DNA of 64,000 nucleotides from an uncultured archaeon (lineage in GTDB: Archaea; Thermoplasmatota; Thermoplasmata; Thermoplasmatales; Thermoplasmataceae), in assembly GCA_000965745.1 (NCBI GenBank), contig CP009479.1, positions 2,162,688 to 2,226,687 on the forward strand. The letters are read 5' to 3'. This document shows, in pieces, positions 47,602 through 56,920 of the stretch (its first letter is position 1; each line of letters opens with the position of its first letter). Below the pieces are notes generated by a model. It searched no databases. It saw only the letters and a program-made list of their open reading frames with translations, and had not been told where the DNA came from. Both the position numbers and the translations under genes were made by a program.

Positions 47602-49287
47602 ATGGCTCAGACGAAAATTGTCGCAACCATAGGCCCAAGCAGCGACAATGCTTCCACGCTCAGGGAAATGGTTAAAAACGGCCTCTCTGCCGTAAGGGTT
47701 AACACCGCCCACATAAAGGAGGGGTACATTACAAAAGTCAGGAAAATGGTAGATTCCGTGAATTCTGATATGGGATCAAATATCGGGATAATGATTGATC
47801 TGAAGGGTCCGGAACTAAGGACCGGAACATTCGAGGGCGGCCGTTTCAGTGTTGAAGAAGGTGATACATACAGGCTGGTTTCAACGGGGGGAAGCCCCGG
47901 AGACATACTGATAAATTACCCTTCAGTCTTCAGGAGCCTGCAGAAGGGCGATGAAATCGTGATGAGTGATGGAAAGGTTAAATTCAGGGTGCTGGAAAAG
48001 GGGAGCAATTCGGCTGAACTGCTTGCAGGGTCGTCAGGCGATCTGCGGGACAGGAGCCGGGTCAACATTCCCGGAAGGTACCTTGACCTTGGCGTTCTCA
48101 CGGAGAGGGACAAGGACTTCTTGATGGAGGGGGTGAAGAATTCAATTGAATTCTACGCACTGTCGTTTGTCCAGGACAAGTCGAACGTGATTCATCTGCA
48201 GAAACTTCTCTATGATAACGGGCAGAACGCTTCAATAATCGCCAAGATAGAGACAAAGAGCGGTTATGACAACATCGACTCCATTTCCAGCGTTTCGGAT
48301 TATGTAATGGTGGCAAGAGGCGATCTAGGGGTGGAAATGCCACTCGAAGAAGTTGTGCTTGCGCAGAAGACTATAATAAATGAGGCACATAAGCACGGTG
48401 TCCCCACAATTGTGGCCACACAGATGCTTGAATCCATGGTGGAGTCGTCCTCACCGACAAGAGCCGAGGTTGCAGATGTTACAAACGCGATACTTGACAA
48501 TGCTGACTCAGTTATGCTCTCGGAGGAGACTGCCATAGGGAAGCACCCTGCAGATGCAGTTGGTTACCTCAGCAGGATCGCAGACTATGTTGAAGGTGTT
48601 TACAGGGATTTCCCTGAACCCGAGCAGTTCTTCGGAAACAGGATTGCATATTCAATCGCCAGGGCATCCAAGATTATAGCCAGGGAGATCAAGGCAGACG
48701 CAATACTTGCCTTTACCCTCACGGGAAACACTGCGAGGATGATTTCAGCGGTGAGGCCGGAAATCCCGATATATGCTGCAGTCGCTGACAGCATGGTCGG
48801 AAGAAGGCTCAACCTGCTCCGCGGCGTAATACCCATTTCAATGCCTGAAGAATTCAGGAAAACGTCAGACCTGATAGAGGCCCTTGCATTTATCGAGTCG
48901 GGAGACTATTTCAGGAAAGGGGAACGGATTGTTATTACATCCGGTGCCCCTTATTTCCTCTTCGGCGGAACCAATGACGTCAGGGTGCTTACCGTTGGCA
49001 CATTCAACGGCAGAGGTTACCCGATGGGTCCTTCCCTTCAGGGAGTCCTTACCAAGAAGGCCGATGGAAAGGGAGATATCGTGCTCATAGGGGACAGGTC
49101 ATGGGACAGGGAAGCTGTTGCTTCAAGGTTCAAGGGGATAGTCTTCACCATAGACATTTCTGACCAGGACAAGGAATATCTTTCGCAGCAGAACAAGACT
49201 GTCCTTTTCAATACAAAAATTGTAAAGGAGCTGGAAGAGGGGGGGACCGTTACAATAGATGGGGGAACCGGGATTATAAACAGCTGA
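47602..49287 (+). CDS. pyk: Pyruvate kinase
   Basis: TKIVATIGP, DLKGPELR, MVARGDLGVE, ATQMLESM, PTRAE. Confidence 0.96.
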   Translation: MAQTKIVATIGPSSDNASTLREMVKNGLSAVRVNTAHIKEGYITKVRKMVDSVNSDMGSNIGIMIDLKGPELRTGTFEGGRFSVEEGDTYRLVSTGGSPGDILINYPSVFRSLQKGDEIVMSDGKVKFRVLEKGSNSAELLAGSSGDLRDRSRVNIPGRYLDLGVLTERDKDFLMEGVKNSIEFYALSFVQDKSNVIHLQKLLYDNGQNASIIAKIETKSGYDNIDSISSVSDYVMVARGDLGVEMPLEEVVLAQKTIINEAHKHGVPTIVATQMLESMVESSSPTRAEVADVTNAILDNADSVMLSEETAIGKHPADAVGYLSRIADYVEGVYRDFPEPEQFFGNRIAYSIARASKIIAREIKADAILAFTLTGNTARMISAVRPEIPIYAAVADSMVGRRLNLLRGVIPISMPEEFRKTSDLIEALAFIESGDYFRKGERIVITSGAPYFLFGGTNDVRVLTVGTFNGRGYPMGPSLQGVLTKKADGKGDIVLIGDRSWDREAVASRFKGIVFTIDISDQDKEYLSQQNKTVLFNTKIVKELEEGGTVTIDGGTGIINS

Positions 49288-49290
49288 GGG

Positions 49291-50766
49291 TCACCGGAAA
49301 AGGTCCTCCCTCACTGTGTTTATGTGAAGTTCCTTCCCGGAATACCCTACATATACATTCTTCAGCTTCACGTATTCCTCGATTCCGTACTTGGAGCCTT
49401 CCCCTGCCTGCCCGGTCAGCCTGAAACCTGTATGATATCCCTGTGATTCCTCTGGCCCGGGCGTGTTGACATACAGTTCACCGAACCTTATCCTCTCGGC
49501 AGCCTGGAATATCAGGTCTGGGTTGCTGGTGAAGAGGTATGAGGAGAGCCCGTACTTTGAATCGTTCGCTTTTCTGAAAAGTTCTTCTTCGCCTGATACC
49601 GATGTTGCACCAATAATCGGGCCGAATATTTCCTCCTGGAATATCTTTGAGTCCTGTTTAGCGTTCCCTATTATCGTTGGCTCATAGAAGTACCCGTTCT
49701 TGAGGCTCTTCTCCAGGCTTGGCCTCTTTCCCCCAAGGAGTATCTGCATGTCAGAGCCCGATGCCTCCTCCACGAATTTCTCTGTTGTCTGCAGGGCAGA
49801 GCTGTTTATAAGAGGGCCAACATCGGCGGTCCTCGGGTCTCCCACCTTCAATCTTCTGGCCGCTTCGACAAATTTGCTTACAAACCTTTCGTAAAGGTCC
49901 TCATGAACATACAACCTCTCCGCTGCAATGCATGACTGGCCAACGTTCCAGAATTTCGCCCACATAAGCCCCTTCAGGGCATTCTTGATGTCAGCGTCCT
50001 TCCATACCATGAAGGGTGCTTTCCCCCCCAGTTCCAGAATCAGCTTGCTCATGTTGCTTGACGACTTTTCCATTATCCTCTGCCCGACCTCTGTTGATCC
50101 TGTCATCGTTATCAGCGACACTTTCCTGTGGGACACTATGTAGTCCCCAATGTCCGATCCCTTTCCTGTCACAAAATTCAGGACTCCCTTCGGAACCCCG
50201 GCTTCTATGAATTTCCTTACAATCCATTCAGCCGAGCCCGGAGTGTCGCTGCTCGGCTTCAGGACTACGGAGTTGCCTGTCATGAGGGCTGGAGCCAGCT
50301 TTCTCGCCACCATCCCTGCCGGGAAGTTCCAGGGCGTTAGCGCAACAACTACTCCGTGAGGGACCTTGTACTGCAGTATTTTTCTGTCACTGGTGCTGCT
50401 CTCCACAATGCTTCCCGTGATCTTCCGTGCAAATTCAGCATAGTACTGTATCTGATCCAGGACTCCATCCACCTCTTCCTTGGCTTCCTTCACGACTTTC
50501 CCATTTTCAGATATAAGAATATTTTCAAGTTCGCTCCTGTTTTTCTCAATAAGTTCCCTGGTTTTGTATACAATCCTGGATCTCTCCAGTGATCCGATTT
50601 CGTTCCATTTTTCATAAGATGATTCTGCTGCACTTACCGCCCTGTCCACATCCGCTTTCTTTCCTGCGGGAAATTCCTCCAATAGTTCCCCTGTAGAGGG
50701 ATTATACTTCTTCAATGTCTCTCCGCTGGAAGAATCTGTCCATTCCCCATCTATGTACATCTGCAT
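49291..50766 (-). CDS. Aldehyde dehydrogenase, probably NADP-dependent glyceraldehyde dehydrogenase
   Basis: PWNFP, TGSTEVG, LELGGKAP, GQSC, EEIFGP. Confidence 0.88.
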   Translation of the reverse strand: MQMYIDGEWTDSSSGETLKKYNPSTGELLEEFPAGKKADVDRAVSAAESSYEKWNEIGSLERSRIVYKTRELIEKNRSELENILISENGKVVKEAKEEVDGVLDQIQYYAEFARKITGSIVESSTSDRKILQYKVPHGVVVALTPWNFPAGMVARKLAPALMTGNSVVLKPSSDTPGSAEWIVRKFIEAGVPKGVLNFVTGKGSDIGDYIVSHRKVSLITMTGSTEVGQRIMEKSSSNMSKLILELGGKAPFMVWKDADIKNALKGLMWAKFWNVGQSCIAAERLYVHEDLYERFVSKFVEAARRLKVGDPRTADVGPLINSSALQTTEKFVEEASGSDMQILLGGKRPSLEKSLKNGYFYEPTIIGNAKQDSKIFQEEIFGPIIGATSVSGEEELFRKANDSKYGLSSYLFTSNPDLIFQAAERIRFGELYVNTPGPEESQGYHTGFRLTGQAGEGSKYGIEEYVKLKNVYVGYSGKELHINTVREDLFR

Positions 50767-50990
50767 AATTTTTGAGTACAGAAAGCAATAAAAAGTTTAC
50801 CGGTGTGTGTGGTGGTGTTTCAGGTATCCTGTACAAGATTGAAGAAGCTGGCACCATATGGCAGAATGTTGTCCAATCGGCTCATCAAGCTAATTTTTTG
50901 GCAAACCATGATTAATTATCCAGTTTTGTCTGAATCTTTAAATATATTTTTAGGCTTTCGGCATTCAGCATATTGCATTGGTGAAATTAG

Positions 50991-51872
50991 ATGAACGAAG
51001 GTGACTTTATCAAGCTCGACTTTACGATGATGGTTGGAGACGACAAAAAGATAGTAGCTACCAATCAGGAAAAAGTCGCTAAGGAAAATGATATTTACGA
51101 TGAAAACACGAGATACAGGGATGCTGTCCTCGTAGTGGGTTCAGATAAGGTCTTCCCGGAGATTAATGACTCATTCAAGAATGCCGAAGTAGGAAAAGAG
51201 AACGAGGTCAAGATAGATGCCCCCAACGCTTATGGAATAAGGGATACGAAGAATATCAAGGTCCACACAATGAGGGAATTCCAGAGGCATAACATAGAGC
51301 CTGCAGTTGGTAAGGAAGTTAATCTCCACAACAAGACGGGAAGAGTTATTTCTGTCACACCCGGAAGAGTGCTTGTGGATTACAACCACCAGTGGGCAGG
51401 AAAACAGGTATACTACCAGTACACGGTCAAAGAGGTTCTGCAGGACAACCTCGAGAAGGTCAAGGCTGTTGTTGACATGAACTACAACATTGACTCTGAG
51501 AAGTTCGAGTTCGAACTCAAGGACAACGAGGTTGTAATCACTGTACCCGAAGAGGCAAAATTCGACCCTGCCTGGTTCGAGGCCAAATACAGGATTGTAA
51601 ATGACATGAGGCAGAACCTGAAGGGCATAAACGTCTCATTCATTGAGAAATACCTCAACGAGAAGGAAGAGGAGAAGGAGGAAGAAGCCAAGGCCGAAGA
51701 AGAAGCTCCTGCTGCAGAAGAGCCAGCAAAGGAACAGCAGGAGGAAAAGCCAGAAGAGAAGAAAGAGGAGCCGAAAGGGGAGGAAAAGAAAGAGGCAAAG
51801 CCAAAAGCAGCGCCTAAATCCAAGCCCAAAGAGGCAAAAAAGCCTGAAGGGGAGAAAAAGACCTCCCCATAA
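50991..51872 (+). CDS. Long-type FKBP peptidyl-prolyl isomerase (SlyD-like) with Glu/Lys-rich tail
   Basis: GDFIKLDF, AYG.RD, VDYNH..AGK; low-complexity C-terminus. Confidence 0.88.
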   Translation: MNEGDFIKLDFTMMVGDDKKIVATNQEKVAKENDIYDENTRYRDAVLVVGSDKVFPEINDSFKNAEVGKENEVKIDAPNAYGIRDTKNIKVHTMREFQRHNIEPAVGKEVNLHNKTGRVISVTPGRVLVDYNHQWAGKQVYYQYTVKEVLQDNLEKVKAVVDMNYNIDSEKFEFELKDNEVVITVPEEAKFDPAWFEAKYRIVNDMRQNLKGINVSFIEKYLNEKEEEKEEEAKAEEEAPAAEEPAKEQQEEKPEEKKEEPKGEEKKEAKPKAAPKSKPKEAKKPEGEKKTSP

Positions 51873-51886
51873 CCCACCTTTTGTTG

Positions 51887-52639
51887 ATGAATCTAGATCC
51901 TGAAAAACTGAAGAAACTTTCTGACAGGGTTTCAATCATTCTTGTTGAGCCGAAGTACCAGGGCAATGTTGGCGCCGTTGCCAGGCTCCTGAAGAATTTT
52001 GGACTTAGAAACCTTATCATCGTCAATTTTGAGGAATTTACGGATGAGGCTCTTTCAAGGGCCATGGGCGGAAAAGAGATACTTCTCAGGGCGAAGAGGG
52101 TTGAAACGTTTGAAGAGGCTGTGAAGGATTTTGACATTGTGGCCGGAACTTCCAGCACAATAACTGGAAATTACAAGAAATTCAGGAGGGTCCCAATCGT
52201 TCCCGATGAATTCTGGGAGTCTGTGTCCAGCAGGCCGGGAAGGATTGCACTTGTTTTTGGGAGGGAGGTTGATGGCCTAAGGAACGAGGAACTTGAAAAG
52301 TGCCATTATTTCCTGCACATTCCCGCGAACCCGGAGTTCCCTGTGCTTAACCTCTCACATGCAGTTTCTGTTGTCCTGTACGACATGATCAGGAATGTAG
52401 ACCTTGTTGTAACGGACCTCATGAGAAAAGCCAACGGGTTTGAAACAGAGAAGATGCTTGACCGGATAGGGCTTGTGCTTGAAAAAACCGGTTATCCCGA
52501 TTACAGGCTGAAGAATACAACTGTAATGCTGAGAAGGATAATATCCAGGTCGGACCTCACAGACATGGAATTCTACAAGATAATGGGAATAATAAGAGGC
52601 ATCCTCCATGCTATCGATCCGGGCTCGGAAAATGAGTAG
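51887..52639 (+). CDS. trmJ: TrmJ/TrmH-family SPOUT RNA methyltransferase
   Basis: LVEP...GNVGAVAR, FGRE..GL.N.EL, LNLSHAV. Confidence 0.88.
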   Translation: MNLDPEKLKKLSDRVSIILVEPKYQGNVGAVARLLKNFGLRNLIIVNFEEFTDEALSRAMGGKEILLRAKRVETFEEAVKDFDIVAGTSSTITGNYKKFRRVPIVPDEFWESVSSRPGRIALVFGREVDGLRNEELEKCHYFLHIPANPEFPVLNLSHAVSVVLYDMIRNVDLVVTDLMRKANGFETEKMLDRIGLVLEKTGYPDYRLKNTTVMLRRIISRSDLTDMEFYKIMGIIRGILHAIDPGSENE

Positions 52640-52732
52640 CAGCATGATGCCCGGAAGTTGTGAGTGTACTTTTTTCCAAAAGCTGGAAAATTTTATTAAT
52701 AAACTCGCATTGACGCTGTAGAATTGGTTGCC

Positions 52733-53101
52733 ATGTCGCTCAAAGCTAACAGAAAATCCAACCCCTTGCTCAAGGATGTAATAAACGGGTTAATTGAAGT
52801 TTCACGGGAAAGCGGTTCCTTAATATGGAGAGATATCGCTAAAAGACTGAACGGAGGAGACAGGAGATACGCCTCCGTTAACGTAAGCAAGATAAGCAGG
52901 CTCAGCTCCGACGGCGACCTGGTAGTAATACCCGGATCGCTTCTTGGGTCCGGTTACATAGATAAGAAAGTAACAGTTTCAGCCCTGAGAATAAGTGATA
53001 AGGCGAAGAAGAAGCTGGATGAAGCAGGCGGGTCCTACAAGCCGCTTCTTGAATTAGCGAAGGAAAACCCCAAGGGCACTAATGTCAGGATAATGAGGTA
53101 A
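52733..53101 (+). CDS. rpl18e: 50S ribosomal protein L18e
   Basis: IW.DIA..L, VNVSKI, PG.LLG.G, NPKG. Confidence 0.93.
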   Translation: MSLKANRKSNPLLKDVINGLIEVSRESGSLIWRDIAKRLNGGDRRYASVNVSKISRLSSDGDLVVIPGSLLGSGYIDKKVTVSALRISDKAKKKLDEAGGSYKPLLELAKENPKGTNVRIMR

Positions 53102-53106
53102 GACAG

Positions 53107-53526
53107 ATGTTGTACATAGATGCTGACAACTCAATTTATGGAAGGCTTTCCACTTATGTGGCAAAATCTCTTCTTAATGGAGAGGAAGTTGTTGTAGTAA
53201 ATGCAGCAAAGGCCGTAGTTACAGGCAGGAGAGATTCTGTCCTTCAGAAGTTCCTTCACATGAGAGATATAGGAAGTGTAAGGAAAGGTCCATACTATCC
53301 CCGGACTCCGGACAAGATACTCAGAAGGTCAATCGGCGACATGCTTCCAAAAAAGCAGACCAGGGGAAAGGAAGCCCTAAGAAGATGCACTGTGTATGCA
53401 TTTGTGCCGGATGAGCTAAAGGGCAAGGATTTTCTCAAGATAGACAAGTTTGCAAACGAAAAGGTTAATGGCTTTGTAACACTCGCAGAAATAGCAAAAA
53501 TTATGGGCCAGAAGGTGCGAGAATGA
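53107..53526 (+). CDS. rpl13: 50S ribosomal protein L13
   Basis: GRL...VAK.LL.GE.V.VVNA, GPYYPR.P, MLP. Confidence 0.95.
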   Translation: MLYIDADNSIYGRLSTYVAKSLLNGEEVVVVNAAKAVVTGRRDSVLQKFLHMRDIGSVRKGPYYPRTPDKILRRSIGDMLPKKQTRGKEALRRCTVYAFVPDELKGKDFLKIDKFANEKVNGFVTLAEIAKIMGQKVRE

Positions 53527-53930
53527 AGAACGCTAACATCATAGCCACATCAGGAAAAAGGAAGACAGCCATCGCCAGGGCTGTTACAAAGAAAGGCAAA
53601 GGCATAATTACCATCAACGGTGAGCCTGTTGAATTTCATCCTGTTCTGATTCTTAAGGACAAGATAATGGAACCACTCAAGCTTCTGGGAGACAGAGTCA
53701 ATGAAGTGGACATAGAAGTAAAGGTTGCAGGCGGCGGAAACACCGGACAGGCTGATGCAGCCAGAACAGCAATAGCAAAGGGTATAGTGCAGTATTTCAA
53801 GGACGACTCCATAGAAGATATGTACAGGCAATATGACAGGACCCTTCTTGTAAATGACATTAGAAGAAAAATGCCCAAGAAACCTGAAGGAAAAGGTGCA
53901 AGGGCAAGGAAACAGAAATCATACAGGTGA
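53523..53930 (+). CDS. rps9: 30S ribosomal protein S9
   Basis: GKRKTAIARA, GGG..GQA, GARARKQKSYR. Confidence 0.96.
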   Translation: MKNANIIATSGKRKTAIARAVTKKGKGIITINGEPVEFHPVLILKDKIMEPLKLLGDRVNEVDIEVKVAGGGNTGQADAARTAIAKGIVQYFKDDSIEDMYRQYDRTLLVNDIRRKMPKKPEGKGARARKQKSYR

Positions 53931-53936
53931 TTTGAT

Positions 53937-54155
53937 TTGATTATACCGGTAAGGTGCTTTAGCTGCGGCAAGGTAATTGCCTCAGACTACAAGCAATTTA
54001 AGGAAAAGATTTCGGAACTGAGCGCTGGAGGGAAGAAACCCACTCCTAAAATGATCGTCCAGACCCTAGACGATCTGCACGTAGAGAGATACTGCTGCAG
54101 AAGAATGATTCTGTCGCATACCGATCTAATCGACGAAGTCCTTCCGTTTTCGTGA
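53937..54155 (+). CDS. rpoN: RNA polymerase subunit N (Rpo10)
   Basis: MIIPVRCFSCGK, RYCCRRM. Confidence 0.96.
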   Translation: MIIPVRCFSCGKVIASDYKQFKEKISELSAGGKKPTPKMIVQTLDDLHVERYCCRRMILSHTDLIDEVLPFS

Positions 54156-54156
54156 A

Positions 54157-54229
54157 GGGACCGTGGGGTAGCTTGGTATCCTACCAGCTTGGGGTGTTGG
54201 TAACCTGAGTTCAAATCTCAGCGGTCCCA
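54157..54229 (+). tRNA. tRNA-Pro(GGG)
   Basis: GGGACCG/CGGTCCC acceptor stem, anticodon arm CCAGC-TTGGGGT-GTTGG, T-loop TTCAAAT; starts 1 bp after rpoN stop. Confidence 0.93.
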
Positions 54230-54239
54230 TCATATTCAT
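54225..54239 (+). other. Candidate 15-bp target site (duplication) of the casposon, TCCCATCATATTCAT
   Basis: Last 5 nt of tRNA-Pro plus 10 nt, directly before GGGGATATA; second copy expected outside the window. Confidence 0.6.
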
Positions 54240-54283
54240 GGGGATATAGATAAGACCGAAAAACGTGCCGCTTTTTATATCCC
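54240..54283 (+). repeat. Probable left terminal inverted repeat of the casposon
   Basis: Starts GGGGATATAG; internal IR GGGATATA (54241-54248)/TATATCCC (54276-54283); true TIR length unknown without right end. Confidence 0.65.
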
Positions 54284-54295
54284 ATTTTAAAAATT

Positions 54296-54392
54296 TTAGT
54301 CGCCTTTATCCGATTTCAGGTAAATCTCTAAAAGGGTTTTGGAAATTCTTGATTGAGTCTTCAACTAATTTCCATTTCTGTTTGAAATTCTT
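54296..54392 (-). pseudogene. Degenerate duplicate of casposon polB 3' end
   Basis: Reads NFKQK/NGN*LKTQSRISKTLLEIYL vs polB NFKQKIRNGNGLKNKSKISKMLFESYL; shared 16-mer at 54375-54390 and 55813-55828. Confidence 0.75.
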
Positions 54393-54421
54393 ACCCTACT
54401 GACTTATTAGATTTTGTAGGA

Positions 54422-55663
54422 TCATTTATTTTGATCTCCCATCCATAAGGGTCTACTGAGTATGCATTGTAATACAATGATAGTGGGTACAAAGAAATCA
54501 TAAAACCACTGAGAAATGGTAGGTTCTTCGACAATATTCGAATGAACATAGTCATTAAGCTTGGAATATATCTCCGAGTAAATTATATCTCCAAAATATG
54601 AACCTTTTGCACTCTTTTGTATCTCTCTAAAAGAATCTACTACACACGAATTAATTCCCTCTAATTCTTCCCTTTGTAATTGAAGTTTAATCAACTTAGA
54701 CATTGCTCTAGTGTCAGGTCTTGAATAAATCCCGTAAATGGTTGCATTGTTCTCACAATCAGAATAACCACAAAGATAACCTTCTCCCTTATCAAATTCT
54801 GGCCCAATGAAAGTTAACTGAGAAAGTTCTTGTTTCAGGTCTTTAGTCAGTTCATTTTTGATTCCGAATCTCTTTTTTAAATCTTCTAACAAATTGCCTT
54901 CGTGTTGCTTGCACGCTCTCAAAGTAAACTCATCGTTGCTCATCAATATCCAGTAAAAATATTCCGTATTCCCAAGAGTCTTAGTTGCGATATCTGGCCA
55001 TTCATCAGTATCCTTTATCAAGTTCATAAAAAATTCATTGAGTGATTTTTCCAATAATTTTTTCAATCTTTGCTCTTCCTTGGTTGTAATTTTATCCTTA
55101 TCAAAATCAAACTTTGAAACGATATCTGGATAAAATTTATCTGATAGTTCTCGCAATGAGCTTATTGCACGTTTTCTTTCTTCCCCAAATTCTAATATTG
55201 GAAGAACTAAACCGTCTAAACTCAAAGGTTTCATTTTATCCCAATATCCAGAAAAAAAGGCATCTGCCATTGGATTAGTGCCTTCCTCATTTTTTTGGCT
55301 ATCTGGTACCCATGAAGAAACAGTAAACAGACCTGCGAAAAGAAGGTCTAACACCGATCTAATCTCCCTAAGTGAATACTTGATGTATCCCTCTCCAGCC
55401 AACTTTATTGAAATCCCTAATTCTCCAAAAATATCTGCAAGTAGAAGTTTAAACTGTTCTTCAATCTTCTTTCTAGTATTATCCGATGAAATAGATTCCA
55501 CATACCATGAATAATTGTCAAAGAGTTCAGATAAGTGGGAAATAGCTTTAGAAATCTCTTCATAAGTTGGATATGGAATATTGAAAATTTCATAAAAATC
55601 TTTGAGAAGAAGTCCTTTTTGTGCCCATTGGGTGATTCCGATGATATCTAGTTTTCTTGACAC
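54422..55663 (-). CDS. Casposon cargo protein, possibly HEPN-like (DUF5677-type)
   Basis: 413-aa ORF with LREIRSVLD and IYSKLNDYVH motifs; TTTATAAA box at 55681-55688. Confidence 0.6.
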   Translation of the reverse strand: MSRKLDIIGITQWAQKGLLLKDFYEIFNIPYPTYEEISKAISHLSELFDNYSWYVESISSDNTRKKIEEQFKLLLADIFGELGISIKLAGEGYIKYSLREIRSVLDLLFAGLFTVSSWVPDSQKNEEGTNPMADAFFSGYWDKMKPLSLDGLVLPILEFGEERKRAISSLRELSDKFYPDIVSKFDFDKDKITTKEEQRLKKLLEKSLNEFFMNLIKDTDEWPDIATKTLGNTEYFYWILMSNDEFTLRACKQHEGNLLEDLKKRFGIKNELTKDLKQELSQLTFIGPEFDKGEGYLCGYSDCENNATIYGIYSRPDTRAMSKLIKLQLQREELEGINSCVVDSFREIQKSAKGSYFGDIIYSEIYSKLNDYVHSNIVEEPTISQWFYDFFVPTIIVLQCILSRPLWMGDQNK

Positions 55664-55728
55664 TCTATTCTCGCCTTCGATTTATAAAGGAATTGACCTA
55701 TTTTAAACCTGCTTTGTCGTAGGTCACT

Positions 55729-56539
55729 CTAAATGTCCGTCAAACTCAAATAACTCTCAAAAAGCATCTTGCTAATCTTTGATTTGTTCTTCAATCCATT
55801 TCCATTTCTGATTTTCTGTTTGAAATTCCTTAAACCCCTTTCTGAAATACCCAACGCCTTGACTTCACTGGGCTTGAGTTTTAACGTCCATTGCATAAAC
55901 GCTTGTTTGTTCTCGTATTCAAGATAAGAATCATTGCTTACCCCGAATACACTAACTTCATCGATATTATTTGATTCCTTCCCAATGTATCTGATTCGGT
56001 CTGCGAATACGTGTTTCCTTTGGGCCTTGTTGTTAACATAATCGAACTTGTTATCGTTATGTCTCACGTACGCTGTTAACACATCTTCAAGGGATTTCCA
56101 GTATTCATTAGAAGGCAAAGTCAATGCAATTGAAGATTTTCCAGTCCTGTAATCTACAAATTCCCTATACTGGATTCCGTTTATGTCCTTTGAAAATGGT
56201 AATGACGGAATAACATCATTCTTCTCAGACCCTACGAGAATGAAATTGAAGGGCTTTATCTGTCTATTAAAGGGCTTCTTGTGATTCATCTCCTTGAAGC
56301 GATTAAGAATTGAAGGTTTCGAGATGGTAATTTGAGATACTGCAATCTTTTCTGAGTAATCTTCAAATTTATTGTTCAAGATATCTTTCCAAATCTGTTT
56401 TCCATTTATACCAAGGAGATGGCCCAATCCATGGGTGGAATACTTGAGTATTTCTACCTCTCCTTTGACAATCCTATACAGACAATATCGCTTTGCTGAA
56501 ATTCCATAAAACAAGATATCGTTCAACGGATTCTTGTTT
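55729..56539 (-). pseudogene. polB: Casposon family-B DNA polymerase, C-terminal fragment
   Basis: FYGISAKRY (KxY motif), HGLG, IKPFNF, IGKE; cut by IS3 left end. Confidence 0.85.
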
Positions 56540-56617
56540 TGTGCTGGCCCCTTAAATAATTGGACAACATTGGCTTATAGTAATAGAAAAGTATATATAG
56601 GGGGGTTCTAGGGGGAA

Positions 56618-56920
56618 ATGACTCGCAGATACTGGAAAGCGGAAGAGAAACTGGCACTCATCAACGAGATCAAAGAAAGCGGACATGTCGTTGAAACCTG
56701 CAGAAAATATTCTGTGGATCCATCCATGTTCTACCGTTGGAAACAGGCCTTCGATGCACTAGGCATGGATGGGCTCAGATCCCGTACAAGGTCCTTGGAA
56801 CCAGGCCTCAGAAAGCTGAAGAAGGAGAACGAGAGATTGAAGAAGATGCTTGCAGAGAAGGAACTGGAGGTATCACTGCTCCAGGAAGCATATAAAAAAA
56901 CGAGGAGGAAACCGCGTTGA
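56618..56920 (+). CDS. IS3 transposase OrfA (HTH + leucine zipper)
   Basis: CRKYSV.PS.FYRWK, LKKENERLKK.LAEKELE. Confidence 0.92.
   Translation: MTRRYWKAEEKLALINEIKESGHVVETCRKYSVDPSMFYRWKQAFDALGMDGLRSRTRSLEPGLRKLKKENERLKKMLAEKELEVSLLQEAYKKTRRKPR

Noticed and set aside
506-53971. Many long antisense or overlapping ORFs (e.g. 506-1360, 15087-15836, 37994-38776, 42055-42777)
   Set aside because: Shadow frames of well-supported genes
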